The position numbers and the translations under genes were made by a program. From Octopus vulgaris (Eukaryota): a stretch of DNA of 64,000 nucleotides. Positions 51,160 to 64,000 of the stretch are shown here, piece after piece (position 1 is the stretch's first letter; the number at the start of each line of letters is the position of its first letter). Below the pieces are notes generated by a model. The model was not told the origin of the DNA and searched no databases. It saw only the letters and a program-made list of their open reading frames with translations. The stretch is from assembly GCA_951406725.2 (NCBI GenBank), contig OX597821.1:73842001-73906000 (forward strand), written 5' to 3'.

Positions 51160-51331
51160 TTGTGGAAAACTAAGACAACAATTACCTCTATGGAAATTGG
51201 TTTGCTTGGCGCCACATCCGAAATGTTTGTCTAAAAGACTGAAAGATTTTGGAACTGGGATTCGCATTGTTGACCTGCAGAAAAGCGCAACCCTGCATTT
51301 TGCAAAAATCATAAGATTCCTGTCGACATAA
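51160..51331 (+). pseudogene. REL-endonuclease LINE C-terminal relic
   Basis: LWKTKTTITSMEIGLLGA / PKCLSKRLKDFG...DLQKSATLHFAKIIRFLST* with one frameshift. Confidence 0.6.
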
Positions 51332-53482
51332 CAGGCGCTCTACCATTGGACCAAAGCAATTCTTCCAATTTCTCTATTTTAGAAACGTTGTTCTTAACAG
51401 CGTGAATTACATTTTGGTGACATCATAAAAATCTGTCAGCTTTCGAGAGAAAGCGGAGTAATTCGTTTTGGAACAGGTTCTTAAAGTAAATATAAAGCTA
51501 TTAATAATAGCGTGTAAATTGGGTTGAAAATCCGTAGCCTTCAAAAGTGTCTTTCAAGTCGACATTTACATGCATACCATTTATGTGTTTCGAGATCCAA
51601 TTCCAAAAAAAATTATATCATATTCTCTCGAAAGTTTATAAATTTTTATGATGTTTTACCAGATATCTCAGTATGAAATTCTTACCAGGATTTTGTACAT
51701 AAACTGGAAGAGAAAAAATAATAACGAAAACAGACGACCCTAAACCAAAAGTACAAGCCGTTCTAGTCAGGACCCTTCCTACTGAAGTGTCATCCTGTAT
51801 AATATGTCCAGCGGGATAAGGTTTATTCAAACATTGGTGTGTCACATGTGACTGTTGGATCACTATAGTAAGACTCGCTTTCATATCTTACACCAATGAT
51901 AAATCCTCCTCATAGCACTTTTATCTCACCGAAAATTACTGTTTGAGTTGATACCCTTGCCTGATACTGAAACTTCAAAGTCACTGGTAAACTTTTTCTT
52001 TGTAAGAATTATTAACTATATGCCCTACTAGAAAGTAATCCTTTCGCTTGAAGTGGTGGACACTTCCATAAATTTTGACTCGGGTTCGATGTAACTCCCT
52101 ACGTCAAACCGGAGTAACGGTATTGGTTTGACTTCATTATCTACACGATATGACATTGACTTCTATTCGCAGAAATAACGGTAAGAAAGTGAAAAGCTAT
52201 GCGTTTTAAAGCCCATATCACTATTTACTTACGGACATACGATATAAGCGATGTGAATCTGTATCTTCCGAGAATCGACAATGAGTCATCCTTCGATATG
52301 GCTGCAACTTACTTCCTATTCTACGATGATTCAGGATGTTATTGCAAAGTTACGAATTTGCTGGGGATTGATCCTCTCAAATGAATCACCAGTAGAATGC
52401 CCGCTATATTTTTGCCATTGACACTGCAGATGTTGAAGACAGAAGGAACCTCTACAAGAACTGAGCAAGAATTGAAACTTAAAAGCCGAAGCAAAATGCT
52501 GTAACCTATCTATTCTCCTGAAAACCCGTTGCCGCTCGCGTGAATAATAAATATATTAACTGCAGCAGAATTTTCGCTGTCGCTGATCCTGAATTATCTC
52601 TAAACATATGTGTTTGCATATATTTCTCTCTGTTATCACCCAATATCTATATTATCAGGAAATGTGATATATGTAGTCACAAAGTTAACCTAGAAAATAT
52701 CACAGCAATGTACTCTGCTTGCTATCACAAACATCTTGTTAATGTCATTTCTGTTCAAATTAACCATTTTAGTGGCGATAACAGACTCAACTTTTAAAAT
52801 CAACCACCAAACCCACGACAACGTATTGTAGTGTTACGGAAACAATTGACTGTTTGTTGTTGGTTAATCCCATTCAACATTGAACCAACCGTGGCCATCC
52901 CTTCTGTTTTCTTGTGATTATTCTCCATTCTGTAAATATAGTTATTCGTTCAACTTTTAATCTGCAGAAAACAATATTCTCTCCCCGATGGCAAGAAAAA
53001 AAGATATTGATGGGATTCATTTTAGTATTTATTGATGTCTCATCAGAGAAAAACAACACATTCCACAGAGCAGTAGCAGCTTATACTTTATACACAAAAT
53101 TAAAGAGATTTATACTACTTTGCCTAAATATTCAAAATGGTGGAACAGATGGCAAACCCAAATTTATTTGTAGGTATAATAATCCCCAATAAAATAGACA
53201 TGTGAGATAAAATTATGGGATTACGTTTTTAATAAGCGCACATAGTTACCCTCCTTATAAAAAATGGATTCCCTTCTGATAAGACACGTTTTTCTCTCTC
53301 TGGTCCCGAACTCGGATTTTGTTATATTTTTTCACAACGACGTTTTATATGTTTGTTAAAAACTCATGATTGTAAGTCTCTCGCGATTATATTAAAGAAC
53401 ATATAGGAGTTATTAAATCTTACAGAATAATGCAAATTAGACAGGCGCTAATATACGCCTGCTTTACTCAGTGTATACTGAA

Positions 53483-53528
<46 letters not shown>

Positions 53529-54227
53529 GTATACATACGTATATATGGAGAGAGAGCAAGAAAGAGGATGAGAAAAATAGAGAGAAGAGAATGAGCTATA
53601 AGTTCCAATTCCTCTTATGGACCGAGATCATTCTTTTAACGCTTATGAGATGTCAATAAATACTAAAACTTGGGTCTTTCTCTTATTAAAGAGAGGAAAA
53701 TAAAACTTGGAATAACTAATCCTGTCTACCTTTTAGTTCCAAGTTCAATACCACATAAAAGCACGCATGCGTGTGTAGGTACGCTTGTGTATGAATGTGT
53801 ATATATATATATGTTTATGCGTATGTACTTGTATATACATAAATGCGTGAATACGTATGTATATATGCATATGAGCATGTGTGTAGGTATGTTCTCTCCT
53901 CTTTTTAATTATGTAAATTCCTTCTCTGTGGAAGACGCTGGTTCCTGCCAAACATACAAAGAGCCATCGCTGGAATGTAAACAACGGAAACAATGTTACG
54001 TCTTAAACTTGGGAAAGTATTGCATGTCTTTACCGTTCCGCATAATTGTAATGTGTCTAAGCTGGTTGGTTTCTTTTTCTAACAACCCTAGTTTATCCAG
54101 ATTGTCCCTTAGGCTTGAAACACCATTGCACCAATTATTTTATTGGTATAATTGTGAATTTATAATCTGGATATAGATTGAAGGTTCCAAGCCATGTATG
54201 TATGTATGTTTATATGTATGTATATAT

Positions 54228-54440
54228 ATAGCTTCGTTGTTAGGGTATTCGGCTCACAATCGTAAGGTCATGAGTTCGATTCCCAGCGGTGCGACATGTC
54301 CTTGAGCAAGTCACATTATTTCACTCTAGTCCACTCAACTGACAAAAATGAGTAGTACCTGTGTCACGCCGAATCCCCCTGAAAACTACTTTGATCGAAT
54401 GAACTGGAGCCCTCGTCGGTGTAACTGATGGCGTACTAGT
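54228..54440 (+). mobile_element. Diverged D-head/C-tail SINE
   Basis: gagttcgattccc B-box, gtccttgagcaag core, aactggagccctcgtc tail. Confidence 0.65.
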
Positions 54441-54464
54441 TTATATATATATATATATATATAT

Positions 54465-55010
54465 ACAAAACTCAGATATGTTTCGACCAAAGATTGGTTC
54501 AGGCCATGTCTAAATAGCACCACCTGATAGGATTATCTAAATCCTTTTAAAGTTCAATTTTGTGGTATTATGGTCCATTCAAGTAGTGAGTTCTTGTTGA
54601 GTGAGTTGTATCCAGGTATAGGTGGCTTATCTGGTATTCCTTGAAGAAATCTGCCCATACTCCGTTTAAAGGTGAGGGGATCCTTTTCCTCTTTGTTCAG
54701 TTTTGGGACAATGTTAAACAGGGCATGGCCTGTTGAGGAAATTAAATTGTGTCGCAGTGTACCTATATGTTGTGACCCTGAATTGGGCAGGGGACGTATG
54801 GCCCGTGGTCCCAGCCTTGGATGAACCTTGAAGTTAATGTTCAGGTCGTTCGGGCAATGCTGGCGGTATATTCTCCACATCGTGCAAATGATGTACCGCT
54901 CGCGGCGGCGCTGGAAAGAGTAGAGTTTCAAGGCTTTAAGGCGGTCTCACTAATCGAGATGAGTAACGCCTTTAATTCGTTTAGTGAGTGCCCTCTGGGG
55001 TGATTCAATT
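54465..55010 (-). pseudogene. CR1-group LINE 3' end (ORF2 C-terminus plus short 3' UTR)
   Basis: RLKALKLYSFQRRRERYIICTMWRI...LFNIVPK...FKRSMGRFLQGIPDKP..GY....NSL is typical of the post-RT tail of CR1-clade ORF2. Confidence 0.8.
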
Positions 55011-55027
55011 TTCGAAATGTTTTGTAC

Positions 55028-55078
<51 letters not shown>

Positions 55079-55173
55079 ATACATACATATCAACCCATGC
55101 CAGCATGGAAAACGGACGTTAAACGATGATATGTACACACACACTCTCATATACACACGCAAACATACATACA

Positions 55174-55232
<59 letters not shown>

Positions 55233-55536
55233 TAGGGCGCGCACTTTGCGTGTGAGCTTAAAAGGAACGAAAAGCCTTGTTTGTTGGTGCAACCTGACGA
55301 ATGTGCAGCAGATTTGATAATGACTTGATTCATTGCCAAAGGGAGACATAGTTATGAGGAAAATGGGTGGAACGGAATTAATCGATCTGAGCACATGATT
55401 GGTAGTTATATATTGATCTAGGCGCCAAATGAATTTCGGTGGGATTTTAATTGAAAATGGAGAAGGACAAGAGTAAATACCACAGAGTATTTAATGCGAC
55501 ACACGTCAGGACTGACTCTCTTATTCATGACACACT

Positions 55537-55592
<56 letters not shown>

Positions 55593-55932
55593 ATAATAAT
55601 AATACTAATAATGATGATGTTAATGATTATGATGATGAAGATAATGATTTCTCCATTAGTAATAATACCAATAATGATGACGATTTCTAATTTGGGGAGC
55701 GTATAATCGATTTTATCGATTCTAGTACTTCAATAGCATTTCATTTTATCGACCCCAATAAGATCACAGATAAAGTCAGCATCAACGCGATTTGAAATAC
55801 GAGCGAGAAAAAACAATGGCAATAACATTAAAAACAACGACGACAACAACAGCAATAACAAGGATAATAGTAATAACAAAATTAAGAACAATAACAACAA
55901 TAATAATTATGATTATTATTATTAATATATTA

Positions 55933-56400
55933 TTGAGTGTGAGAGCAGCGCATGCCGTCAAAGTTACGCTGGGTTATAATTGTACGGAGCCCAATATACC
56001 CATCATGACTACCCGTCTGATAAGTGTACACCAGGCACATGCATCACAATCATATGTGCGCAACATGGTGATCTCATATCAAGATAAACAGCGCATAACC
56101 GTGCAGGTGGGGGCCCAGTTAGAATTTTCTTCAGCTCGACTAGCCCATCCCTGAATAAATGGATAATGAATTATTAGCGGTAAATTATCCAAACCCCAAA
56201 GATTTCCTCTCAACACATGGCTACGATGCTCCCCCATTACTCCTCCCTATGATCAGAGAAGCAAATATCGTTAGCCACTAAGGGACATGCTCAACTGGTT
56301 AAGGGCAAACAAGGTAAATTTGTGGTATTGAGCAGAATATTTGTTGTGGCTCATCTTTTATACCAAGTCAAAACACTTCCAATCAGTTAAGATCGAAAAG
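55933..56400 (-). mobile_element. Second, diverged copy of the (AAT)n-associated repeat
   Basis: Reverse-complement similarity to 49821-50378 (atacccatcatgactac, ggacatgctcaactggttaagg, acacttccaatcagttaagatc). Confidence 0.75.
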
Positions 56401-57429
56401 TTATAAGATCCACTAACACATCATAACGAAATATGGCAAAACATTTTCTGCAGCTCTCTAAGCCTTAAATCACCTTAATACGAGCCAAGGTGGATTCGAG
56501 CTGCTAGAAAGAGCAGGAAAAATCTCTTAAATCACACTGTACCGCTTAGAAAAGAATACAAACCATGTAATCCAATATTCCGTGCACATAGGAATATATA
56601 AAAATGGATGCCATTGGTGGGTTGCCTTTGGTTATTAATCTGGGATTAAATAGCTCTAACAAAAATTGTAATGTTTTCTTTTACCTTGGGTACACGGATT
56701 CATGTATATTCTGGTTGTATTAAAGTCAATTACATTGACTCCCCTGCTATTTCACTGGTACTTTTCTCCTTGAAGCATGAAAGGTGAAGTATGCCTGGGT
56801 GAGATTTGAACACACGGTATTGGAGCTCCTAATGAAATACTACAAATCATCTAATCCTTTGTTGTATACTTTACATTCTCTCAGTACTCTGGTTATGCAT
56901 TGTATAAGGACAAACATCAGGAATGCAGGAACGACTCTTTGTGAAACGTCTTTGAGACAAAAAGGTTACAGCCAGCGCCATTCACATTTTATAGAGAATA
57001 AACATTATGCACACCGGGAAGTTAATGCAAGGCAGTTTCTGGTGTGTTTATTAACTCAATTCTGCCTTAACTAGCTTCCGCATAAATCAGTAAATGTTTA
57101 TCGATTTCTATAACTAAACCAGCACTTTTTGGTTTTGCTGAGAATGTCCTGATTATTCGTCAGTAAGGATACCAAATAAGGTCGGAATACCGCGTCTGCG
57201 ATTGCCGTTCTGAAAGAAGCATTGTGTTGTGCACACAAACGTCTCGCTGAGAAGTCTGAGACAAAATATTTTAGCTCGCACCATTCCAGGTTTGTATAAA
57301 CATATTAACAACAATACTATGAACAGTTTTGTAATCAAGTAAGGTGGAATAGAGAATATCACACGGACAGATTAGCAAAAACATGGAGGACTACATTCAA
57401 ATCAAAATAAAAGAGATTTTATTGTGTGC

Positions 57430-57760
57430 ATTGAGAGTCTTCATAAAGAATTCCACAGATCCAGCATTATTCTGACGAACAAGGCTAAGAACACCCTCCT
57501 AGCTTTATTCCTCAGGTAACAAGTGCATGAAGGGCCATTAACAGAACTCATTCTTGTCCCCCCAGCCAGTACACTTAATGGAGAGTAATCATAAAATTGA
57601 AATGCTGTTCTTGGCCCAATAAAAGCGATGTGGACAGAGCAATTCACAGTTCAACAATGCTCCAGCAATGAACAAGTACGTTCAGAACAGTGTCATCGCT
57701 CTCTGCGCTACTCGACGACGGTGGTCTTCGTGCACGCACAGTTTATATTGAACAGGTAAT
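57430..57760 (-). pseudogene. Highly decayed CR1-like LINE C-terminus
   Basis: HRRRVA...LF, NCS..IA...P, TR.S and LWNSL motifs in the expected order across frameshifts. Confidence 0.45.
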
Positions 57761-58123
57761 ACCTCAATATTGTACGAGAAACGAAATAGCAAGATTCTCG
57801 ACAATGTTTAGACAAGAACTAAGAGAAAGTAAAATAGCTATGTCGTGATATACAATGGGAATAATGAATGCGTTCCCCACTTTAACCTCATCTTTCAGAG
57901 ATGGCTTCCCCTCAGACCATTTTCCTAAGCGAAAACCCTATTCGTATCCATGCTCCAGGTCCTATCCACCTCAAGATACGGACAAAACTGAATTTCAAGT
58001 AACCTTCAGGATATGTCGATCCTACACAAAGACGCTGGTCAGGAGAATAGTGTTGATTCCGCGCGTGTGGAAACTGAATTCAATGAACGTAACCGGATGA
58101 AGATTTGCTCCTGTCACGAATGA

Positions 58124-58124
<1 letters not shown>

Positions 58125-58163
<39 letters not shown>

Positions 58164-59090
58164 ATATATATATATATACATACACATATATATATACATG
58201 CATACTTATTTTATATATAAACACATACATGATATATATATATACATATATATACATGAATATATATGATATATATAAAGGTATATATATACAAACATAT
58301 ATGCATATATATACATATATACATGCATATATATATACATGCATATATATATATATGCATGCATATATATACATGCATATATATACATATATACATGCAT
58401 ATATATACATATATACATGCATATATATATACATGCATATATATATATGTATATACATGTATATATATACATGCATATTTATATATATATACATGCATAT
58501 ATACATGTATACATGCATATATATACATATATACATGCATATATATACATATATACTTGCATATATATATATACATACATGCATATATATATATACATAT
58601 ATACATGCATATATATATATACATACATGCATATATATATATATACATATATACATGCATATATATATATACATATATACATGCATATATATATACATAT
58701 ATACATGCATATATATATACATGCAAATATATATACATATATACATGCATATATATACATACATATATACATGCATTTATATATATACATACATATACAC
58801 ACATATACATACATATACACACATATATATACATACATATACACACACATGTATACATACATATACACACACATATATATACATACATATACACACACAT
58901 ATATACATATACACACACATATACATACATATACTCACACATATATACATATATATATACATATATATACATACATATACACACACATATATACATGCAT
59001 ATATATACACACATATATGTATATATACATATGATATACATATATACACACATACATATATATATATAAATACATATATATGATATACAT
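58125..59090. repeat. ~1-kb (TA)n/CATG/CA compound micro/minisatellite
   Basis: Repeated atacatgcatatat units grading into CA-rich units. Confidence 0.95.
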
Positions 59091-59092
59091 AT

Positions 59093-59490
59093 GGTGGCTG
59101 TCCCCTCGTTATCGAGTATGGCCATTGTACGAAGCTTAATCAATGTTGTCATCGTGCAATGCTTGTGCAAGAATATTTTTTTTAAGGTGAGGAAAAGCTG
59201 TGCACTGAGTCAATCCCACTCACTAAGCAACAGCAGCTTTAGTCCGAAAAGAAGAACAAGTCAACATCATCGGTAACCACTGAGCCGCAGGTTTTATGTC
59301 GGAGTTATCCCGGTTACCTGAGTTACCTTCTCCTAGAAGGATGCTCTAACAAAGGCTAGGAGTCCTTCATTCCCAATGGTTTAACCGCGCGATCGGGTAT
59401 ACAGTCCGATTATTTCTATGTCCCCGCACATGATACATCCTTAAGACATTTATTGGAAGGCCGTTGACTCTCAAGAGTTCCTCCGCTCCA
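59093..59490 (-). mobile_element. Non-autonomous RTE-derived element (5'-UTR-like motif plus RTE-like 3' end)
   Basis: Minus strand has cttctaggagaaggtaactc (resembles the RTE 5'-UTR motif CTAGGAGAAGG) and ends atactcgataacgaggggacagcc; no ORF; embedded in TA repeats. Confidence 0.55.
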
Positions 59491-59523
59491 TATACATATA
59501 TACACAGATATATGATATATATG

Positions 59524-59555
<32 letters not shown>

Positions 59556-59971
59556 TATACACACATATATGATATACATATATACACATATATATGATAT
59601 ACATATATACACATATATATGATATATATATATACACATATATATGATATATATATATACACATATATATGATATATATATATATACATATATATACATG
59701 CATATATATGATATATATATATACACACACATATATACATGCATATATATATGATATATATACACACATATATACACACATATACATATGATATATATAC
59801 ACACATATATGCACACATATACATACATATATATATGATATATATGCATATATAAATGCATATATATGATATCTATATATATATATACACACATATACAT
59901 GCATATATGATATATATACACACACATATAAATGCATATATGATATATATATATACACATAAATGCATATA

Positions 59972-60012
<41 letters not shown>

Positions 60013-60270
60013 GCATATATGATATATATACACATAAATGCATATATGATATATATACACATAAATGCATATATGATATATATACACAAATGCATATATA
60101 TGATATATATACACATAAATGCATATATATGATATATATACACGCAAATGCATATATATGATATATATATATACACATATATAAATGCATATATATATGA
60201 TATATATATACACATATATAAATGCATATATATATATACATACATATATAATATATATATATTATATATA
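59491..60270. repeat. TA-rich compound satellite (atatgatata / cacataaatgc units)
   Basis: Direct inspection. Confidence 0.95.
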
Positions 60271-60639
60271 TGTGTTCGGGTAATTTACATACGCATGCAT
60301 ACTAAGTACAATAGTACGAAACATAACTAAAATATATCGAGAAAATGAAATGAAAGAAAAACAACAACAACAACCATAATAATAACAATAATATTAATAA
60401 CAACAACAACAATAATAATAATATTAATAATAACAACAACAACAAAGAATATATATAAAAATATGAAGTAAAAAATATTTAGACACTGGTTTAGGTAGCA
60501 TTAGTGTATGATTATTTTTTTCTTTTACGTTTTCATACCCTTCAGCAACAATATGAACAACAAGAACTAGAATAGCAACAACAACAACAATTACTACTAC
60601 TACCACCCCTTGCACAAAGATTATTGTTGTTTTTGACGT

Positions 60640-61065
60640 TATTTATTATTATTACTATTATTAGTAGTAGTACTATTATTATTATTGTTATTATTATTAT
60701 TATTAGTACTATTATTATTGTTATCATTATTATTATTATTAGTACTATTATTATTGTCATTATTATTATTATTATTAGTACTATTATTATAGTTATTATT
60801 ATTATTATTAGTACTATTAATATTATTATTATTATTATTAGTAGTAGTAGTAGTACTATTATTATTGTTATTATTATTATTATTATTAGTACTATTATTA
60901 TTGTTATTATTATTATTAGTAGTACTATTATTATTGTTATTATTATTATTATTAGTACTATTATTATTATTGTTATTATTATTATTGTTATTATTATTAT
61001 TGTTATTATTATTGTTATTATTATTATTATTATTAGTAGTAGTACTATTGTTATTATTATTTTGT
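60640..61065. repeat. (ATT)n tract with higher-order alternation of AGTACT and GTT interruptions
   Basis: Direct inspection. Confidence 0.95.
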
Positions 61066-61812
61066 TATCGGCGGCAAACAAATAAATCCGGGAGAGAGCA
61101 GTGTGTGGGTATTGATCCTGAGGAAAAGTGACGGTAACATTTGCTCTTCAATGTATAATGAGGCGTCGGATGATTAAAAACCGCATCTCTTGAATATTGC
61201 ATGAGACAAGCACAATTCATCTTCTAGCTGACTGGAACATCAATAACATGAGACGCGGCCGATGCAAACGCCAACCCAGCAATCCCGCAAAATACTATAG
61301 CCCTTCCGGACGACACACACACACACACACACATACACACCCCCACACACACACACATACATACAAACTCACATACATTCCAAAACTCACATACATACAC
61401 ACAAACATACACACATGCTAGCATACAAACAATCACTCTCATTCACATACACATAGTCATATCGGCATATTATACTAAAAAAAAAAAATGAGCTATCTAC
61501 AAAAACACAGACATGGCGTTGTCTACACGCACGCACACATATACATTGACCCAGACAAACATACGCACATACAAGCGTACACACACACATACAGGCACAC
61601 ATATACTTCGAAAGATGATATCTATGATTATATACACATGTGTTCGTGTGTAGTTTTCTGTTCATAGATGTATATGTGTGTGTGTGTGTGTGTGTATGAG
61701 TATGTGTGTGTGTGAGTATGTGTGTGTGTGAGTATGTGTGTGTGTGAGTATGTGTGTGTGTGAGCATGTGTGTGTGTGTCTATGTATATGTGTCTGTACA
61801 TATATATATGTC

Positions 61813-61894
<82 letters not shown>

Positions 61895-62044
61895 GTTATA
61901 TACAGTGCAGTATATTCAGACATAACATAATTTGTATTTCATCTTTTCTCTTTCGATATGTGTGTGGGTGTGTATATATATATGTGCAAGTATATATATA
62001 TATAAATTTGTAAACATATATGTATGTTCAAGAATATCTATCTA

Positions 62045-62099
<55 letters not shown>

Positions 62100-63025
62100 A
62101 CACACACACATTTATAGACACACTACACACGTGAATAGAAATATAGCCATATATATGATTATGTATGAATGTGTAATTGTAGCACTCTCTCTGAATACAC
62201 ACACACACACACTATTATGTACACATATACGCATATATGCATGTGCTTGAATATATATATATATATATATATATACATCTGTCTACATAAACTATTAGCC
62301 TCAGCAGAAGTATTAATACCACAAAGGTAATTTTTTATTCCCACTTAAAAGTGGAATTTGGGTTACAGAGTATACTGTGATAGTTACCTTGATAATATAT
62401 ATATGTGTGTATGTATGTGTGTGTGTGTGTGTGTAGTTATATATGTAGGTATGTATGTATATATATATATCTGTCTGCAAACTATGGCTTGAATATTTGT
62501 CTGCTCTCAGTAAGTTCAGGTATTTTGAATAATTATGTCAACACTTGCAATTAACATATTAATATAAATAAACAAATAACGCACTTGTACCGATCCTTCT
62601 GTTCTCTGCTGCTGAAGAGGAGATTTTGTCCGCACGTTATTAGATACAAAATTCCATTAGAACTATGGATAGCATCTTAATCTAAACTCTATATTCACTT
62701 TAATTTTATACAAATATATTTATTTCAAATCACTTACTTTGATTTATTTTACACGTTTCATTTCCTTTAAGTTATTTCTGTATTTTTGTAATTTAATTTT
62801 TAGTACCAAAATTAAAATTTTGTCTGTTTCATTGAGGCTCTTGTTAGAACTCTTCCACGGTGAAATATTCTCTACACATGTACGAAATTTTTATTGTCAA
62901 TAAGAACTATATATGTATACATGCGTACATATATATGCATACAAATATATAGGCCCTAGAGTCACTCTCGTTTCTGCTAAATATAAATTATATACATACA
63001 TATACACACACATATATACAGGCAT

Positions 63026-63088
<63 letters not shown>

Positions 63089-63120
63089 TATATATGTGTG
63101 TGTGTGTGTCTGTATGTATG

Positions 63121-63164
<44 letters not shown>

Positions 63165-63174
63165 TATATATATA

Positions 63175-63205
<31 letters not shown>

Positions 63206-63301
63206 ATGATGTATGTATGTATGTATGTATGTATGTATGTATGTATGTATGTATGTATGTATGTATGTATGTATGTATGTATATATAATTATATATATAT
63301 A

Positions 63302-63387
63302 TACTTTATTTAAAGCAGCAGAAAATTCTACAAAACCTGTTACTCTGAGTTTCGCGTTGCCGTTCATCGGACAGTTTTTGCTCCGGT
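63302..63387 (-). mobile_element. Possible PLE pseudo-LTR scrap with a degenerate minimal hammerhead and AATAAA
   Basis: Minus strand: aactgt-CCGATGA-acggcaacgc-GAAACTC-agagt ... aaataaagta; an island inside TA repeats. Confidence 0.35.
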
Positions 63388-63396
63388 ATATATATA

Positions 63397-63455
<59 letters not shown>

Positions 63456-63458
<3 letters not shown>

Positions 63459-63817
63459 CGCAGGTGTGGTTGTGTTGTAAGAAGCTTGTTTCCCAACCAG
63501 ATGGTTCTGGATTTCAGTCCCACTGTGTGGCACCTTGGGCAAGTGTCTTCTGCTATAGCCTTGGGCCACCAAAGCCTTGTGAGTGAATTTGGTAGGCGGA
63601 AACTGAAAGAAGCCCATCGTGTATGTGTGTGTGTGTGTTTGTCCCCCTCCACCATCGCTTGAGAACTGATTCTGGTGTACTTACGTCCCCGTAAGCTAGT
63701 GGTTCGGCAAAAAAGACCGATAGAATAAGTACTAGGCTTGCAACGAATAAGTCCTGGGGTCGATTTGTTCGAGTAAAGGCGGTGCTCCAGCATGGCCGCA
63801 GTCAAATGACCGAAACA
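63456..63817 (+). mobile_element. SINE family A, full length
   Basis: Homologous to 2769-3187. Confidence 0.9.
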
Positions 63818-63833
63818 ATATATATATATATGT

Positions 63834-63868
<35 letters not shown>

Positions 63869-64000
63869 TATTATTGATATAAATATATAATACGTAATTA
63901 TACATATTGAAACACACACACACCCACACACACACACATACACATATATATATATCTCGACTCGCACAGATGTAGGCATCTTAAGTGAAAGCAGATAGCA

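Noticed and set aside
51640-52480. Unique, coding-like composition
   Set aside because: All frames are interrupted and no domain is recognisable; probably an old transposon relic but unsupported.
58114-60245. Long ORFs (200-320 aa) rich in Y/I/H/T/M/C
   Set aside because: Translations of TA/CA microsatellites that lack stop codons by composition. The same applies to ORFs at 2992-4042, 5713-6703 and 62897-63979.
62608-62692. CTGAAGA followed by a hairpin
   Set aside because: No GAAA in register with the stem; insufficient for a ribozyme call.

Overview
Eukaryotic, AT-rich, microsatellite-dense non-coding DNA. The repeat content (several tRNA-derived SINE families amid long TA/CA/TATC/AAT tracts) looks like a coleoid cephalopod (Octopus-like) genome; that assignment is inference. 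I found no convincing host exon, and almost all ORFs in the supplied track are simple-repeat artefacts. Real coding remnants are all transposon-derived: a 5'-truncated Penelope-like element (PLE) ORF with RT thumb and GIY-YIG endonuclease (1395-2300, minus), three REL-endonuclease (R4/Dong-like) LINE scraps, two CR1-like LINE C-termini and a Tigger/pogo relic. There is also a clean non-autonomous Helitron, a hAT-like MITE and an RTE-derived non-autonomous element. The most interesting signal is a short non-coding family present at three loci (2473-2710, 33725-34092, 47038-47374). Each copy is a head-to-head fold-back containing a minimal type-I hammerhead ribozyme, and the longest 5' piece carries a Pol III B-box, suggesting a tRNA-headed, ribozyme-bearing SINE mobilised by PLE machinery. 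Also notable are SINE multimers with one recurrent junction, further fold-back elements, a local inverted duplication, and a few enhancer-like unique islands.
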